DNA of 62,876 bases, filler included, from Sphacelaria rigidula (Eukaryota): assembly GCA_964200075.2 (NCBI GenBank). It is 7 parts of 7 records of this genome, joined end to end, with 100 filler letters (N's around TTAATTAATTAA, not from the genome) between each part and the next. Parts side by side here need not be neighbours in the genome. Positions count along the whole stretch, not along the records: positions 35,991 to 44,886 come from CAXNAA020009808.1; positions 44,987 to 53,881 come from CAXNAA020009809.1; 5 more parts are not named here. One strand, given 5' to 3'. The position numbers and the translations under genes were made by a program. The notes under the pieces are model-generated. The model did not search any database. It was given only the letters and a program-made list of their open reading frames with translations, and was not told where the DNA came from. Each line of letters starts with the position of its first letter. Within the stretch, counting starts at the first letter, position 1. Shown piece after piece: positions 38,454 to 50,623 of the stretch.

Positions 38454-39233
38454 GCGTTGGCTACAGCACTCGAAATCATCATGCTGATCAGTGCGGTGGA
38501 GACCACACCACTTTACAGGCCTGTTTCCATTATTTGACGATCGTCTGGAGTGACAGTCGCGCATACGATAGCCTGATTTGCCGCATGACTAACATTTTCG
38601 CGAAATTTCGATGATTGATTCAAACAGTTCGGCATTGATGCCACCAACATTGATGAGTCATGGTCATGCGGTCTACTAGCCGTGAATTTGCGTGCCATGC
38701 GGTTGGCATACATGTTGCGCATTGTAGTTTCATCTCCTCGATGCTGAAGTTTGGGTCGCGTTCAGCGTTGTACTTGATCTGATCATGATTGCTGGTTAGA
38801 CTTTCAATTACCATGTCAATCTCTCCTCTGAGATATTGTCGCCTATGTCGACAAGCTCGTCTCGTAATTGATATACGTTCGCGAGAAAGATATCCGGGTC
38901 CTTCCCTGGAGACATGGTGATACTGTCCAGTTGTCTCATGAGAATGCGGCGTCTCTGTTTGGAGGAATTTCTGGTATTCAGCTACCAGACCTTCCCACGC
39001 ATGTTCGTCGTTTGGTTTCTCTGAACACTTCGGCTGAAAACGCAAAATATAACTTGCCGCTGAACCAGCTGTCGAAATATACAGAACGATGAACAATTGT
39101 TCGTTACACCGGTCCCAGTTTTTTATGTCACGCTTGGGGGTTACTACCTCTCTTCATTCTCGAAACTCCTCTTATACGCAAGCCAATAACTAGACCATCT
39201 TTCATCGCCATCGTCTACCCCTGTCCGAGATAC

Positions 39234-39318
39234 GTCTCGCAAGGGATGCGCGGCCAATGGTCAAACGACTAAGGCAGGCAGCAAATAAGTACGCCCCCCC
39301 CCCCCCCCCCCCCCTCCC
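39234..39318 (+). mobile_element. Short 3'-end copy of the poly(C) LINE
   Basis: 3' module plus a C21 run; degenerate TSD cccctgtccgagatac / cccgctgtcctacatac. Confidence 0.88.
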
Positions 39319-40205
39319 GCTGTCCTACATACTTCCCTAGTCCTTATTAGTGATTCGATCAGCAGGACCCGCAGCCGTCCGCACCGTCGCCCCCCCACCT
39401 TCTATCCCGTGTTGCCTTCCCTTGAGACAGTCCAACTCCGATCTACCATGTATAGGACACCCCGTGAACTCTCACACAGTGGACCGTAGAAACTACTGCC
39501 GGTACATCCATGGCGGTGCTCAGGGTGAGAGTGCACCCGCTATCCGCGGGTCTCTCTTTTTTGCAATTGGGATGACGTGACTACACATCAAGACGGGATC
39601 TGGAAAACAACAAGCCCACCCCAAACCGTCGATTCCGCCGTGAAAATAGTCGACACTGACACAAAGTTTTGAATACGGAAACAATCGACCCGAATGAGTA
39701 GAACCAACCTGCGGAACCAAACGTTATGCATGATGAAACCATGTTTCTGATCGTGGGCATCGTACTCACCACGCAGTACATATAGTACAGCCCAAACCAC
39801 CACACAATTTGACATAACGGAGCATGGGGGTCGTTAACGTCTTCCCATCAATGACTTATGACACCAACCAGGCACCATGCTGACAAGCACCAAACACCGA
39901 CGCTCAGCAATAACCTAGGCGTGTACTTGAGTATTACGTCGGATGGAGTATTCGGTACGAGAAACCAGGTGACTGGCAACGAACGGCGGAAAGCACACAA
40001 AGCATCGGAAGGATACAAAGCGAAGAGCAAAATTGTAGATTAACGATCATGTTGGAGAGAAAATACGACCATATACCCGACGTCATTTAAGTAAAGTAAT
40101 GATGACCACGACAACACCGCGATGAACAGCACAAGAATTGTACAAACTGACATAGCGACACGATACTATGTGCCATTGCCCGTATTTATCCATAGACTCA
40201 GTCAC

Positions 40206-40652
40206 AACACGGGATTTTACAAATTGGGGATGAATTTTTCATGGAGATGAGAAACCCAGAAAATTACAATCTTCGTATCCACACCAAATCTTCGAAATAC
40301 GGTTCCATTTCTTCTCTTGCTGGTAGCTTTTGACAACTACTGCCTACACGCCATACAAATTTGGATTTCGATAACCGAAATGTTGGGGTCCTTGGTGAAA
40401 ACCAAGTGTGGGGGATTTCGGCGATCAGAACGGATCATCTAAATTCCCCAGAATTGTTTCTTCACCTAGGATCCCATCATGTTGGTTATTAGGATCCAAT
40501 TATTTTATGCCGTGTAGGGGTTGTCAATAGCTACCAGTAGGTGAAGTGGGGGAACTATATTTCGAAGATTCGGTGTGGGTATGAAGATTTTGATTCTCCG
40601 GGTTCCCATCCCTCATAAAAAAATCCATCCCCAATTTGTAAACGCCCGTGCT
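40206..40652. mobile_element. MITE, same family as 54823-55802
   Basis: TIR aacacgggattttacaaattggggatg / catccccaatttgtaaacgcccgtgct; flanks tcac/tcaa. Confidence 0.85.
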
Positions 40653-41746
40653 TCAAGCATATGCCAGTAACCAGAAGAACGAGTACGTGTGCACCATCCA
40701 GACAACACGAAAATATCGACATAAACACGGGAACAAACGCGGATAATTCCACCATTGAGTTAAGAACATTTGAATGAATATTGACGAGGGACAGGGATGG
40801 GGGCGGCCTCGCGGATCTCTTCAGCGTTTTAATTTCAGGTGACCGCTGAACAGCTTCGTGAAATGCATGAACAAATGAAGTTGAAACCTACCATGCTGAT
40901 ATACAGCAGTTAACACCTACGGCACACTTTTGAGGCCAAAATAAAGATAAACACAGCACCAAAAATGCAACCCGTAAACTATGATCCAATCCTCGTGGGG
41001 GACAAAACCGTTGCATGTGTACTAAATACGAAAACACGTCTACACCTGCGCACCTCCACAACATGAAACATGAAAGGAGGGTAAACATATATTCGTGCAC
41101 ATTTGCAAGGCGGCAACACCTACAAATAGATACTTCAGGATCGGAAACGTAACAGCACACATTCACACCACTGAGCTATCAACACGCCACGCACAGCAAG
41201 TCCCATCTGGTCCATGCATAAGTTTGAAGAACCCTTCGGTTGAACAGTACACCCACTAGACATCGAACTCGCACAGCACAGCGAAACTCTTGACTACCCT
41301 ATTCCTGACGGTAAGAAGATTGACAATACGCGAAAGTCAGTACACCACAATCACCATTGCAATAACAAATGAATCCTGCATGAAGAACATAGAGTGTGAC
41401 AAGTAGCACAAGGCATTGGACTAAAACAAAATCAAGCAACGCTCGAATCACCCGCCTATGCTCTCTTATATTCAGCGCCGCGTGATGACATAATGCAGAG
41501 AGGCACGGCAGTGTGCCTCCAGCATTCGGCATTCGGACCCCGGTCCGTCCCAGAAGTATGGCGAGAGGTCAGTTTTGACCAATAAAGGCTGAAAAAATAG
41601 TAGGGAACATGAGCACCAAACGTATTTACACACAAATACACTACTTCACCCATCAACCGCGCCACTTAAACGCCAACGCGTGGGTCACGTTTGAATCATT
41701 ACACCGCCTAAACCTCCGGACTTCTGCGACCCACGCTTAAATTCGG

Positions 41747-42454
41747 TCAGTTTGTATTCCGTGCACTGGGCCGAGCGTCCTCGAACGAGGCTACTCCCCT
41801 AATCTTGCAGGGCCATACACTCCGCTGCCGCTGACCCTCAGCAGTAGGCCACTGGTCACCTACCCCAGACTCCTGACGCACGATGTAAGATCTTTGCCTC
41901 GGTGTGTTCCTCATACTAGGCTTCCTTCCGGGCTTAAAGAGCTGAATTCTCCGCAGTGTCCCATTTCGGTTGACGTGACCCCCTGGCCGATAAAACAGAA
42001 GCCCGAACATCAAGGGTACGACGAGCCAGAACCCGCTGATTTCTCCCAACGTGCCCACGATGTCCAACGGATCGATATCAGAGAGCCGTAAGTAGCTCTG
42101 TGAGCGGATATCCAACTGGATCGAAGCCAAGGTGTCCGTTCCAAACTTGTTCGTTTGGGTTATGGCACATTCAGCGTTATTCCATGTCGATGCTGTCGTG
42201 TCGGCTACAGAATATGTGTGAGTCATCCCCTTCGTTAGGTTCACATGCTGACTGTATGTTACGAAACCCCGAACATACCAAGCTACCGTGGGGTTGAAGC
42301 TTATCGGCACGTAGAGGGAGATGGGTGTTTCGCGCACGGAATCTTCGTCCGCGTCTCCTTCTGCGAGGTACAATTTCACGCTCTCGAAGGCGCCTGTGTT
42401 CGCCGTGGGATCGTATGAGCTGTTCCAAGACACCAGCATATGGAAGTTCCACAA
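41747..42454 (-). CDS. Terminal exon of a membrane protein with a DEG/ENaC TM2-like segment
   Basis: Pyrimidine-rich acceptor ...ctgcag|TTG, then ~235 open codons: a beta-rich segment, DIDPLDIVGTLGEISGFWLVVPLMFGLLFY, and a basic tail. Family assignment is inference. Confidence 0.7.
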   Translation of the reverse strand: MWNFHMLVSWNSSYDPTANTGAFESVKLYLAEGDADEDSVRETPISLYVPISFNPTVAWYVRGFVTYSQHVNLTKGMTHTYSVADTTASTWNNAECAITQTNKFGTDTLASIQLDIRSQSYLRLSDIDPLDIVGTLGEISGFWLVVPLMFGLLFYRPGGHVNRNGTLRRIQLFKPGRKPSMRNTPRQRSYIVRQESGVGDQWPTAEGQRQRSVWPCKIRGVASFEDARPSARNTN

Positions 42455-43327
42455 CTGCAGTGTACAGCCGCAAATACACACGAGAGAGAGAGCAAGTGAG
42501 GGGTCGACCAACGATGGTGTACGTAAATAATTGTTGTTGCACTGCACATTCAACCTACGTGGTTTCACGGAAAGGGTGACCTCGGTGACGGTGGGAGACG
42601 TTACGAGAGCTTTTGGCAGAAACCACAGTGCTTTGAGCAGGGTGTGAGCTCTATGATTTTCCGAGCACAGCATGGCATGTGAGGTCAGCCCGGTGGCTTG
42701 GTGGTTGTTCATCTGGCCCCCACCGTTTTTGCGTCAAGCCACTACATGATAGCGTCACGTTTCTCAGCCTCTCGTGCTTCCGGCGAGCGTCCAAGTGCCG
42801 GTGAATGCTACGTTAGGGTGAGGCCCGAGAGGGGCTCCTGACAGCACCTCAGCTGTGAGAGGAACTCGCTGATTTGTTAATTCTAGTGTGAGGCGTCAGC
42901 CTCGCAAGATTGTTTGCGAAATCCGCACAGAGATTCACTTTTCCGGGTAGGATACATTCATTTTCAGGGTAAGGTACGTTGGGGGGGGGGAAGGAGGCGG
43001 ATAGTTGAAACCATGACAGGGAGGAAACGACAACAAGGCAGTGTTCCAACCCTTTGTGTTTCTCAAGCACTGCTTAAAAGAAGGTTTGGATCCAACATAA
43101 TCGTTCGATTCTCATGAGACCATGGACGCCTCCTAACATCGATCAGCCCCCTTGTTGATACGCGCGTGTGCCTAGCCACGACAATCACCCGGCTGTGATA
43201 TGTGAGGCCTACAGGCATCTTCGTTGCGGTGTGATATTTTCTGCTACAAGCATGATGTGGTGCGCGCACGTTGAGAGTGATATCACTACCAATGTACATC
43301 CCGAATGAGTAAGAGAAGGAAACTTGC

Positions 43328-43463
43328 CTGCGACGACTCAATCGCTCTCAAGGTTGACAGCTTGAAGCTTGCGCAACTCTTCGAAACCCTTTCTGACCAC
43401 ATGACCAGCCTCCAATCTTCGTCGACAAAGCTATCGGGGTTTGTGTCGGCCGTGTAGGTATAC
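43328..43463 (-). CDS. Probable upstream exon of the same gene
   Basis: Acceptor gacag|G, then YTYTADTNPDSFVDEDWRLVMWSERVSKSCASFKLSTLRAIESSQ. It ends in phase 0 at CAG|GCAAGT, compatible with the phase-0 terminal exon. Confidence 0.5.
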
Positions 43464-45038
43464 CTGTCGGTACATGCAGAAGTATACGTGAAAGTAGCGG
43501 GATGACTATTGAATTGGCATTGTGCGGGGGTTCGGCATCGGGTGCTGTGATCCCTAGTGCGCCGTGTTTTCCCTTCGTGTGTCGCGGAATCAGCAGACCA
43601 GTGCATCCCGAGGGCACAAGTAACCATTGCCCAACCTACTGAGCCACACAAATAACAGAGAAATATAAAATGAGAACACGACCCGCAGTGGACGCCGCGG
43701 CGCTCAGCGAGAGCGATCTCCGTCAAGGTAGTGTATTAGCGAAATGTATTGAAGCATCCTTCGATTCCGACTTCAAAGCCCAACCATCACGGCGTTTTTC
43801 CTGGTCGTGCGTTGCGCTTTTGGCTGCAACATTGTTCATTGATGGGCATGGAAATATCATGAATAACAATAATACCAACTACTGGGGGTGGAATGTTTGG
43901 GTTAGGGCTGGGTTAGGGTTGGGTTTTATTTCTTGGTGGAATCGAGTTTTGTTTTTGTTTTGGGAGGGGGGGGATTTTATGTGTTTTGGTAGAAGGGAAA
44001 CACAATATCTAACGCCGATTCTGTGTTTTTGTCACTTTATTCAACGAATGGAAGATGGCGCTGGCTTATATAGAGGCCACAAGTAGATCACGCTAGTGGT
44101 TAAACGATTGAGGATTCGAAATCGCAGAATGAAAACCACGGGAAAAACAATGACAACCGCGGATGGAATAACCTATGTCAGACCTATGAGGACTAACAGG
44201 GGAAATTGACCCTCATGATCTGCCATTGCAGCCTTGACGATTAGTCCAGTTGGTACAATAACACACTGCCATCTGACGATAGCCAAAACCTGGAGGGCTA
44301 GTAACAAAAACGATGTAGCGTGAATTGTGTTATGTCTCAACAGAGAGGTTTGAGATAGTTTAACCCTCTTCACGCTGCGGGTGATCTCCAAAACGCGTCT
44401 TAACTTGTATGATGACTATGTGAACGTGATTCAATGACTTGCACGTTCTTGTTTTGTCGTGCAATCTCCACCTGAGGCACGAATATCCATCGATGATGTC
44501 CTTCTGGGATTCAACGTCCACGTCGGATATCCACTTGGCATGCCATATACTCCTGGGGTTTTCATTTAAGATATCCATCTGGGACATTAATGGTTGCCGC
44601 GGAGCCACAAACAAAGTGCAGTTTCGGGTGAAGGCTCGAAATGGAGATCGATGGCCAAAATGCGGGTCCTGAACAAACTACTCAATATTCCCCCTACACC
44701 TGGGGTGGATGTTACCGTCATGTACGGACAGCCCACACGAAAATCTCAGATGAAGATGCTAGATCGACATCCCGCATGGATGTCCCACATGCACCTTGAG
44801 ATCGGAGGTATGAGTATCAAACAGCCAATCATCTATGTTGAGGATGGTGCTTTTGATTGAGGATGAGAACCCGGAGGATTAAAATCNNNNNNNNNNNNNN
44901 NNNNNNNNNNNNNNNNNNNNNNNNNNNNNNTTAATTAATTAANNNNNNNNNNNNNNNNNNNNNNNNNNNNNNNNNNNNNNNNNNNNTGAACCAGACGAAA
45001 TTTCGCGAAAAAAGTGCACCCCTACCGTAGCATTGCTC

Positions 45039-46727
45039 CAATAGAAGCAGCAAAGTAAGGGATCAAGGTGGATGAAGATATATATGGTATCAGGATTGAT
45101 GTTTGCGGATGTTTTTGTGAAGATTTCAGAAACACCAGAAGGATTACAGACACAAATAGACAAGGCGCTAGAATGAACTAGGAAATTGAGAGTGACAGCG
45201 AATGTGAACAAATGCGCGGTACTCATCTGTAACGAAGATCAGAAACATCTGGTAAAGTTCAAATGGAAGTGGGGAGAAGAGGAACTGCCGATTGTAGACC
45301 AGTATACATACCTTGGTGTAGAGATTTAAAAAAACTGTTCTTGGGATGCACACATAAACAAAGTAATATACAAGGTTAAGGCACAGATAGGTAGAACGGA
45401 CGTGATCCTCAGAGACCCGCACCTAGACACTAGGATCAAGAGATGTATCCTGACAAACGTGATCGTACCAAAGCTGAAATATGCAGGCGAAGTATGGGAG
45501 GGGAACGTGGAATTAGTGAAGAACTTAAACACAGTACAGATGGCAGCAGCTAAGAAGATACTTGGATGCTCGAAAACGACGAGAGATACAGTTTTGAGAG
45601 CAGAGTTGGGAATGTACTTACTTAGAACAAACAGAGACTGAGGAAATTACGATGGAGTGATGCTACGGTAGGGTTGCACTTTTTGAGCGAAAATGTTTCT
45701 CGGGGTGTTACACGGGTCATTTTGAGAATCGGCATCATTTTCACTTGCAAAAGACTGAAAATGATGCCGATTTACGAAAAGGCCCCTGTATACATCTCCG
45801 TGTCCTGTCCCCGGATATTTGGGTTACGCAGTAAGCTCCATATGTTTGGGCTCCTACAAAAACGAGACCCAGGACCAAAAAGTGCAACCCCTATCGTAGC
45901 ACTGCTCGATGGTAATATAGCGTGCAAATCATGCAGAGAGAGGAATTGCCAGCTATCGTTGATAGGGCTGTATGGAAGAAACGCACAAAAGGGAAGGCTG
46001 GAATCAGGTGGGATAGATAAGTCGAGAAATTATGGAAGGAGATAGGCGGAAACCTGACGAAATACTGTCCATAGATGAAGACGCGGGGTACAAGGTAAAA
46101 GTATGAGCTATGATAGAAATAAAGGAAAAAAAAGCACTCAGACGCAAGGTAGACGAGGAAGAACATCTGGAGATATACGGGTGGTTGAGAGAGGGGATCG
46201 GAATGAAAGCATATTTGCATGGCCCAATGCACGCCGCGAAAAATATGAAATTACGATTTCGGGTGGGGGACCTGGACCTTCCAGAAAGAATAACGAGATA
46301 AACCAGTAGTCGAAAGGAGGAAAAAGTAGATGAATAGAACTGCCTCTATGGTAAGGGAATAGAGAGCAGAAGTCATATAGTGGCAGAATGTGAACTATAC
46401 AAGGAGGAGCGGGACGTGCTAAAGGGGGAAATGCGAGACGTGAACGAAGGTGACATGAAATCGTTTGATGCATCAGACAGTAGGAAGAAAACAATGGCTA
46501 TACAAGGAGATGGATGGTGGCCAGAGGCGGCGAAATAAGACGGGGATATGATATGTAAAATGTTTCTGTGTAATTTATGGAAAAAAATGTAATGAGCGCC
46601 GGAATGTAGGAGGTGTCTCTATGAGGAGTAGGAACGGTGCTCCGTCTCGAAAGGGATACGTGGTCAATGGTCAAACAACTCAGGCGAACAACAAATGAGT
46701 ACGCCCCCCCCCCCTCCCCTCCCCTCC
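45039..46727 (+). mobile_element. Second decayed copy of the RTE-like LINE (3' half) with poly(C) tail
   Basis: GLMFAD, YTYLGVEI, RCILTNVIVPKLKYAGEVW and KLRFRVGDLDLP; collinear with 23810-25222. The C-rich tail is at 46704-46727. Confidence 0.93.
45655..45907. mobile_element. Sola2-like MITE (GAG...CTC, 4-bp TSD) inserted in the LINE
   Basis: ~30-bp TIR gagtgatgctacggtagggttgcactttttg / caaaaagtgcaacccctatcgtagcactgctc; GATG on both sides. Another copy's end is at 44987-45038. Confidence 0.88.
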
Positions 46728-47739
46728 AGCGTCTTGGTTTGACTTCTGCTATACCTCTTGAATCGACGAACGAGTTACGGCGGCTCCCCGATCTTCTGGT
46801 AACTCTGCTTCGTCACGAGGCCACATCGCAGCGAGCGTGCTCAAACCCTCATCCTCACTCTTGATCTGAGTCAGGCTGAACAAACCTTCCGCTTCCACTT
46901 GATAAAATCGCCTCCATCCTCCACGGGTGAACGAAATTAGCCACAACCTTTGCCATGGCGTCGTTATTTACCGTGGGTGGTGTCTCGTATTAGTCGAGAG
47001 TAGTCGCAACTTTCACGAAATCGACGCCTTCCAGCTCGACTGTTTTTTCCCATCCACCTGCGTACGCCCTATGGAGTCTGAATTCCTCGCGCCATGGTTT
47101 CCCTTTCGTCAGCCGAGAACGAGATAACCCGGGCATCGGCTCCTCGGAAGTGTGAATCGCCTTCCCCTGTCCTCTCGGCACCATAAAAAGTACCTGTTCA
47201 CTTTAATCGCTGACCCAACGCAGTGCAGGCAACGGCGTACGCTTCCACGCGCTGCTTCCATGCTCGCAGTTGCCCTTCCCTCCGACGATCAGCTTTCAAG
47301 GCGACCATATAGGTCCGTCTCTTCCGACATGGTGCGCCCACCTGCACGGCTGAGACTGAGTCCTGCTCGGTGAGACATCCAGCTCCGCACAACAACGGAG
47401 CAGCGAGCTTCTGCCCACCAGGAGAGCGTACCGTCGCAGCAGTACTCTTCAAGATCGACGTTGTCACAGAGGTTGATTAGGGAAATGACTCGACCAACTC
47501 TTTGGCGACGCTGGCTAATGCTGGCTCCGGCTCGGCCCGTTCGATGGTGCAACCCGACTTGTACCCCCACAAACACTTCTGGTTGCACTTCTTCCACAAG
47601 GTTGTGGAAAAAACCGCGCCCCGGACTCGTACCTACCAGCCTGACTACCTTTCCAATCTGGTTTACTCCAACACAATCCAACGCCTTTCAGTCCGCATCA
47701 GCGTATCACCTTCACGAACTCTTTGGCTACCAAAATACT

Positions 47740-49125
47740 CCCTCTATCTCCAACTGGAAAACTCATTCGCTAAACCAACGCTCGTAAAGTACTTGGATCC
47801 TGCTAACCCACTATACATGGTCTGCATATCCCTCAAACCGCCGCTGTATGACTCCTGAAGTTTATCTATAATCTTGACATAGTCGTACACTACCGTTCGT
47901 CCTTCTTTCGAACCGTGACGCAGGCGGCTGCCCATGCTGGCGTCGATCGCACGTAGCCCGGGACTAGCTTACTAGCGAAACCTTCTAACCTTACGTCCTC
48001 CGTTAGATGCAGCACTGAAGCGCAGCATCTTTCTTTCACCCCACTCCAAGGCTTTTCCACGCTTCATTCCATGCTGCCAGTTCGCTCCCACCAGACAACA
48101 TCCCCGTCGACTCGTCACTGGGCGCGCTTGTGTTGATAGCACAGAAGAAGTCGCACGCTGCTGAGTGAAACGAAGCATACCCACGGCACATCCGGCGAAG
48201 GTCGAAATCCTGATCGCCCTTTGAAAGATAGAGTACTCTTGTTTCTCCTGAAGAAACTCCCTCCCGACATAAATTAATGGGGTAATTCATTGACCATTCT
48301 GACCCATACCAACCTTACCCTATTCTCTGGGTGAAAACGAATCGAAAATAGCGCTGACCCTAGGGTTTAATCGTAGGTATCCTGCTGTTACTAGGGCTAG
48401 CAGCCATAAAAAATCCTGTTCCTTGTCGTTGTGACTTATTTGCTACATTACCCGACGTCACTAACGACCCCCACCAATGCTTCGACGCGTTAATAGTTTC
48501 CCCCCCTGCCCCGGTGTCCAGTAACACCGTTACTGGTAGGCGGTGGCTACTCTCGCTGTAGTGCCAGACTTAGGCTCGTATACACAGCTGCTGCGTATCG
48601 CCCTTCCTTGCTCTAGCCAAAATGACGTTCAATCCCCTCCGATGGTACCAAAATCCCACTGTTCCGGTATCAACAATTGTTTTCAAGACTGGATCCCTGG
48701 CGGGATGCAGCTTGTGTCGGAGGAGGTTGGACCAACGTTGATCGAACATGACTCCTCGGTGCAGGGCTGCATCATGGCAGCGTGCTCTGCAACTTGTTCA
48801 TCCTCGCTTGCGTAGCAAGGGTGGCCCCGGATGGGTGAAATGATCTATACCATAACTTTGCATGCGTACTCACTGGGTGAGGCGGAACTTAGTACCTACA
48901 TCAATGCTCCAGAGGCGGCGGCAGCGGCGACAGCAGCTGGGCACCGGGTATGTACCCTGCTGGTTGCGCCTTGCCTGGGATGGATAATGCTAACAGAGAC
49001 CCAGATACTGGAAGTATCCGCTGAACAGGCGGAGGAACTACCGGCTGTGAAAACTGTTGGTCAGAAGCAACGACATATGTTTCTGCGCCGCTTTGTGAGG
49101 CGTTTTATTGCAAATCCGCAAAACG
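47740..49125 (-). mobile_element. Decayed Ty3/gypsy element (gag Zn knuckle, protease, start of RT)
   Basis: LPVTVLLDTGAGG (~48500-48540); RT N-terminus DY..I...SGGLRDMQTMYSGLAGSKYFTSVGLA (~47765-47900), with RT directly after protease; frameshifted FCG.CNKTPH near 49110. Confidence 0.78.
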
Positions 49126-49698
49126 GCTGCTGATGTTGTCACGGCGCAGAAAACTGCTGTAGTTGCGGACGCACGAAAGACTAATGTTGTTGAGGAGGTG
49201 CGGCAACCTGCTGCAACATGGGGAGGTACGGCCGTCTGCTGCTGCATGGGTAGGTGCTTGCACGGGAGGCTGTTGGACGGATCCCACCGGGTAGAAGGGC
49301 TCGAGGTTTCCAGGGGTTTCCGCTCATTTTTCACCGATTGGGGGTTAGCTATGTGATACTCGGAACGTAAAATCTGCACGCACGTACCCCATGAATGTAA
49401 CATCAAATTGAAAGAACGACGAATGATTCATGGCAATGTATTGCAGTCTCCATGATTCAAGAGGGTGGTGTGTGGTGGAAACATTCCCAATCATCAACGG
49501 CGTGGGGAATGATGTAACCAGTAACATGGACAGCAGCGCTTCACCAGCATAGTATGATAGCGGACAAAAGAAAGGGCAAGAAGAACGAAGGGAACATAAA
49601 TATGACCAGGCAAGACAGATTCAAGCATGTGTATTTGGCCAGGGTGTCACGTGTCGGGGACAGCAAAGGATAATTTCTTCAACTTCGACCACTGTAAA

Positions 49699-49917
49699 CC
49701 TGTTCGGACACGCGAGGGAATGTTGGCTCCATGTCAGCCTGTTCGAACACGCATGAAAAAATCGTGGTCCCCTATTCACCTGTTTGGACACGCATGAAAA
49801 CTCTTGGTCCCCTATCAACCACTTCGGACACGCGTGGGAAACTCTCGATCCCTGTCAACCTGTTCGGACACACATGGGAAATCCTGCCCTACTGTCAACC
49901 TGTTCGAACAAGCATGG
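49699..49917. repeat. ~40-bp minisatellite, ~5.5 units
   Basis: Recurring cctgttcg(g/a)acacgc.tg.gaa.......cc.tgtcaa. Confidence 0.9.
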
Positions 49918-50187
49918 TCTTGACATCTTGAACCTTCGTCCTCGCCCATTTTCCTGTGTGCGATTATATACTGCCGGTTTGGTGTATGGTTCAAGCATAT
50001 TTCTGGTTCATAAAAATCTCTTTTGTATTCATCCAATGTCCGGCTTGTGTGTTAGCCACTTGCATAGTCTCCACAATAATCACACGAGTCGTTCATAACA
50101 AGCCAACAACCCTCATCAGATTTTGTTTCCGGTGTAAATGTCGGCCGAGGAATGTGTAAAACCCACGCACTCTCAAGACCAGAAGAA

Positions 50188-50609
50188 TGTAACCCTGTCC
50201 CGGGGACGGTTATAGTGCGCACAGATAGACGATCATCTTCGAATTGATTGTCGGGGTGCGCACAAGTAGATGACCATCCCCGAATTGATTGTCGGAGTGC
50301 GCGCAAGTTGACGGTCAACAGCAACTGACGGAGCATTTGTCTGGTGGCCTCTGTTCATGTGAACGGGTACACTGAGTGAACATGCACATGTGCGGATAGA
50401 TTCATGCCCACCCACGGGTACAGGTAGTCAAGTGTGTGTGACTACAGTACCATGCCCTCGCCGGCTGTGACGTTGCCACCTGCCCTCACTCCACATCTGA
50501 TCCCTCTATCATAGGATCGACTCCAGTAAGGAGTAAGGCACTCTCCAATAATACAAAAGATAAAACGATCTATCCTTCGCCACGGGCCACGCCATACACT
50601 AGTGTTACA
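50188..50609 (+). repeat. 5' LTR (~420 bp), probably of the downstream copia element
   Basis: tgtaac...gttaca inverted termini, followed by ggttgggc (PBS-like) and a gag-like ATG at ~50624. Confidence 0.65.
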
Positions 50610-50623
50610 ACCGGTTGGGCAGA

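Larger units (their letters stand above)
35991..39190 (-). mobile_element. Decayed Ty1/copia LTR retrotransposon (gag, protease, integrase remnants)
   Basis: Gag LYISTAGSAASYILRF...AWEGLVAEYQ...DQIKYNAERDP; Zn knuckles C*SCGKSGYRMRDC and WCGLHRTDQHDDFEC; protease IAIDSGSSGHF (~37725-37757); integrase-like IHTDNSG. Confidence 0.85.

Noticed and set aside
49699-49917. Regularly spaced repeats resembling a CRISPR array
   Set aside because: The 'spacers' are similar to each other, the unit is only ~40 bp, there are no cas genes and the context is eukaryotic. It is a minisatellite.
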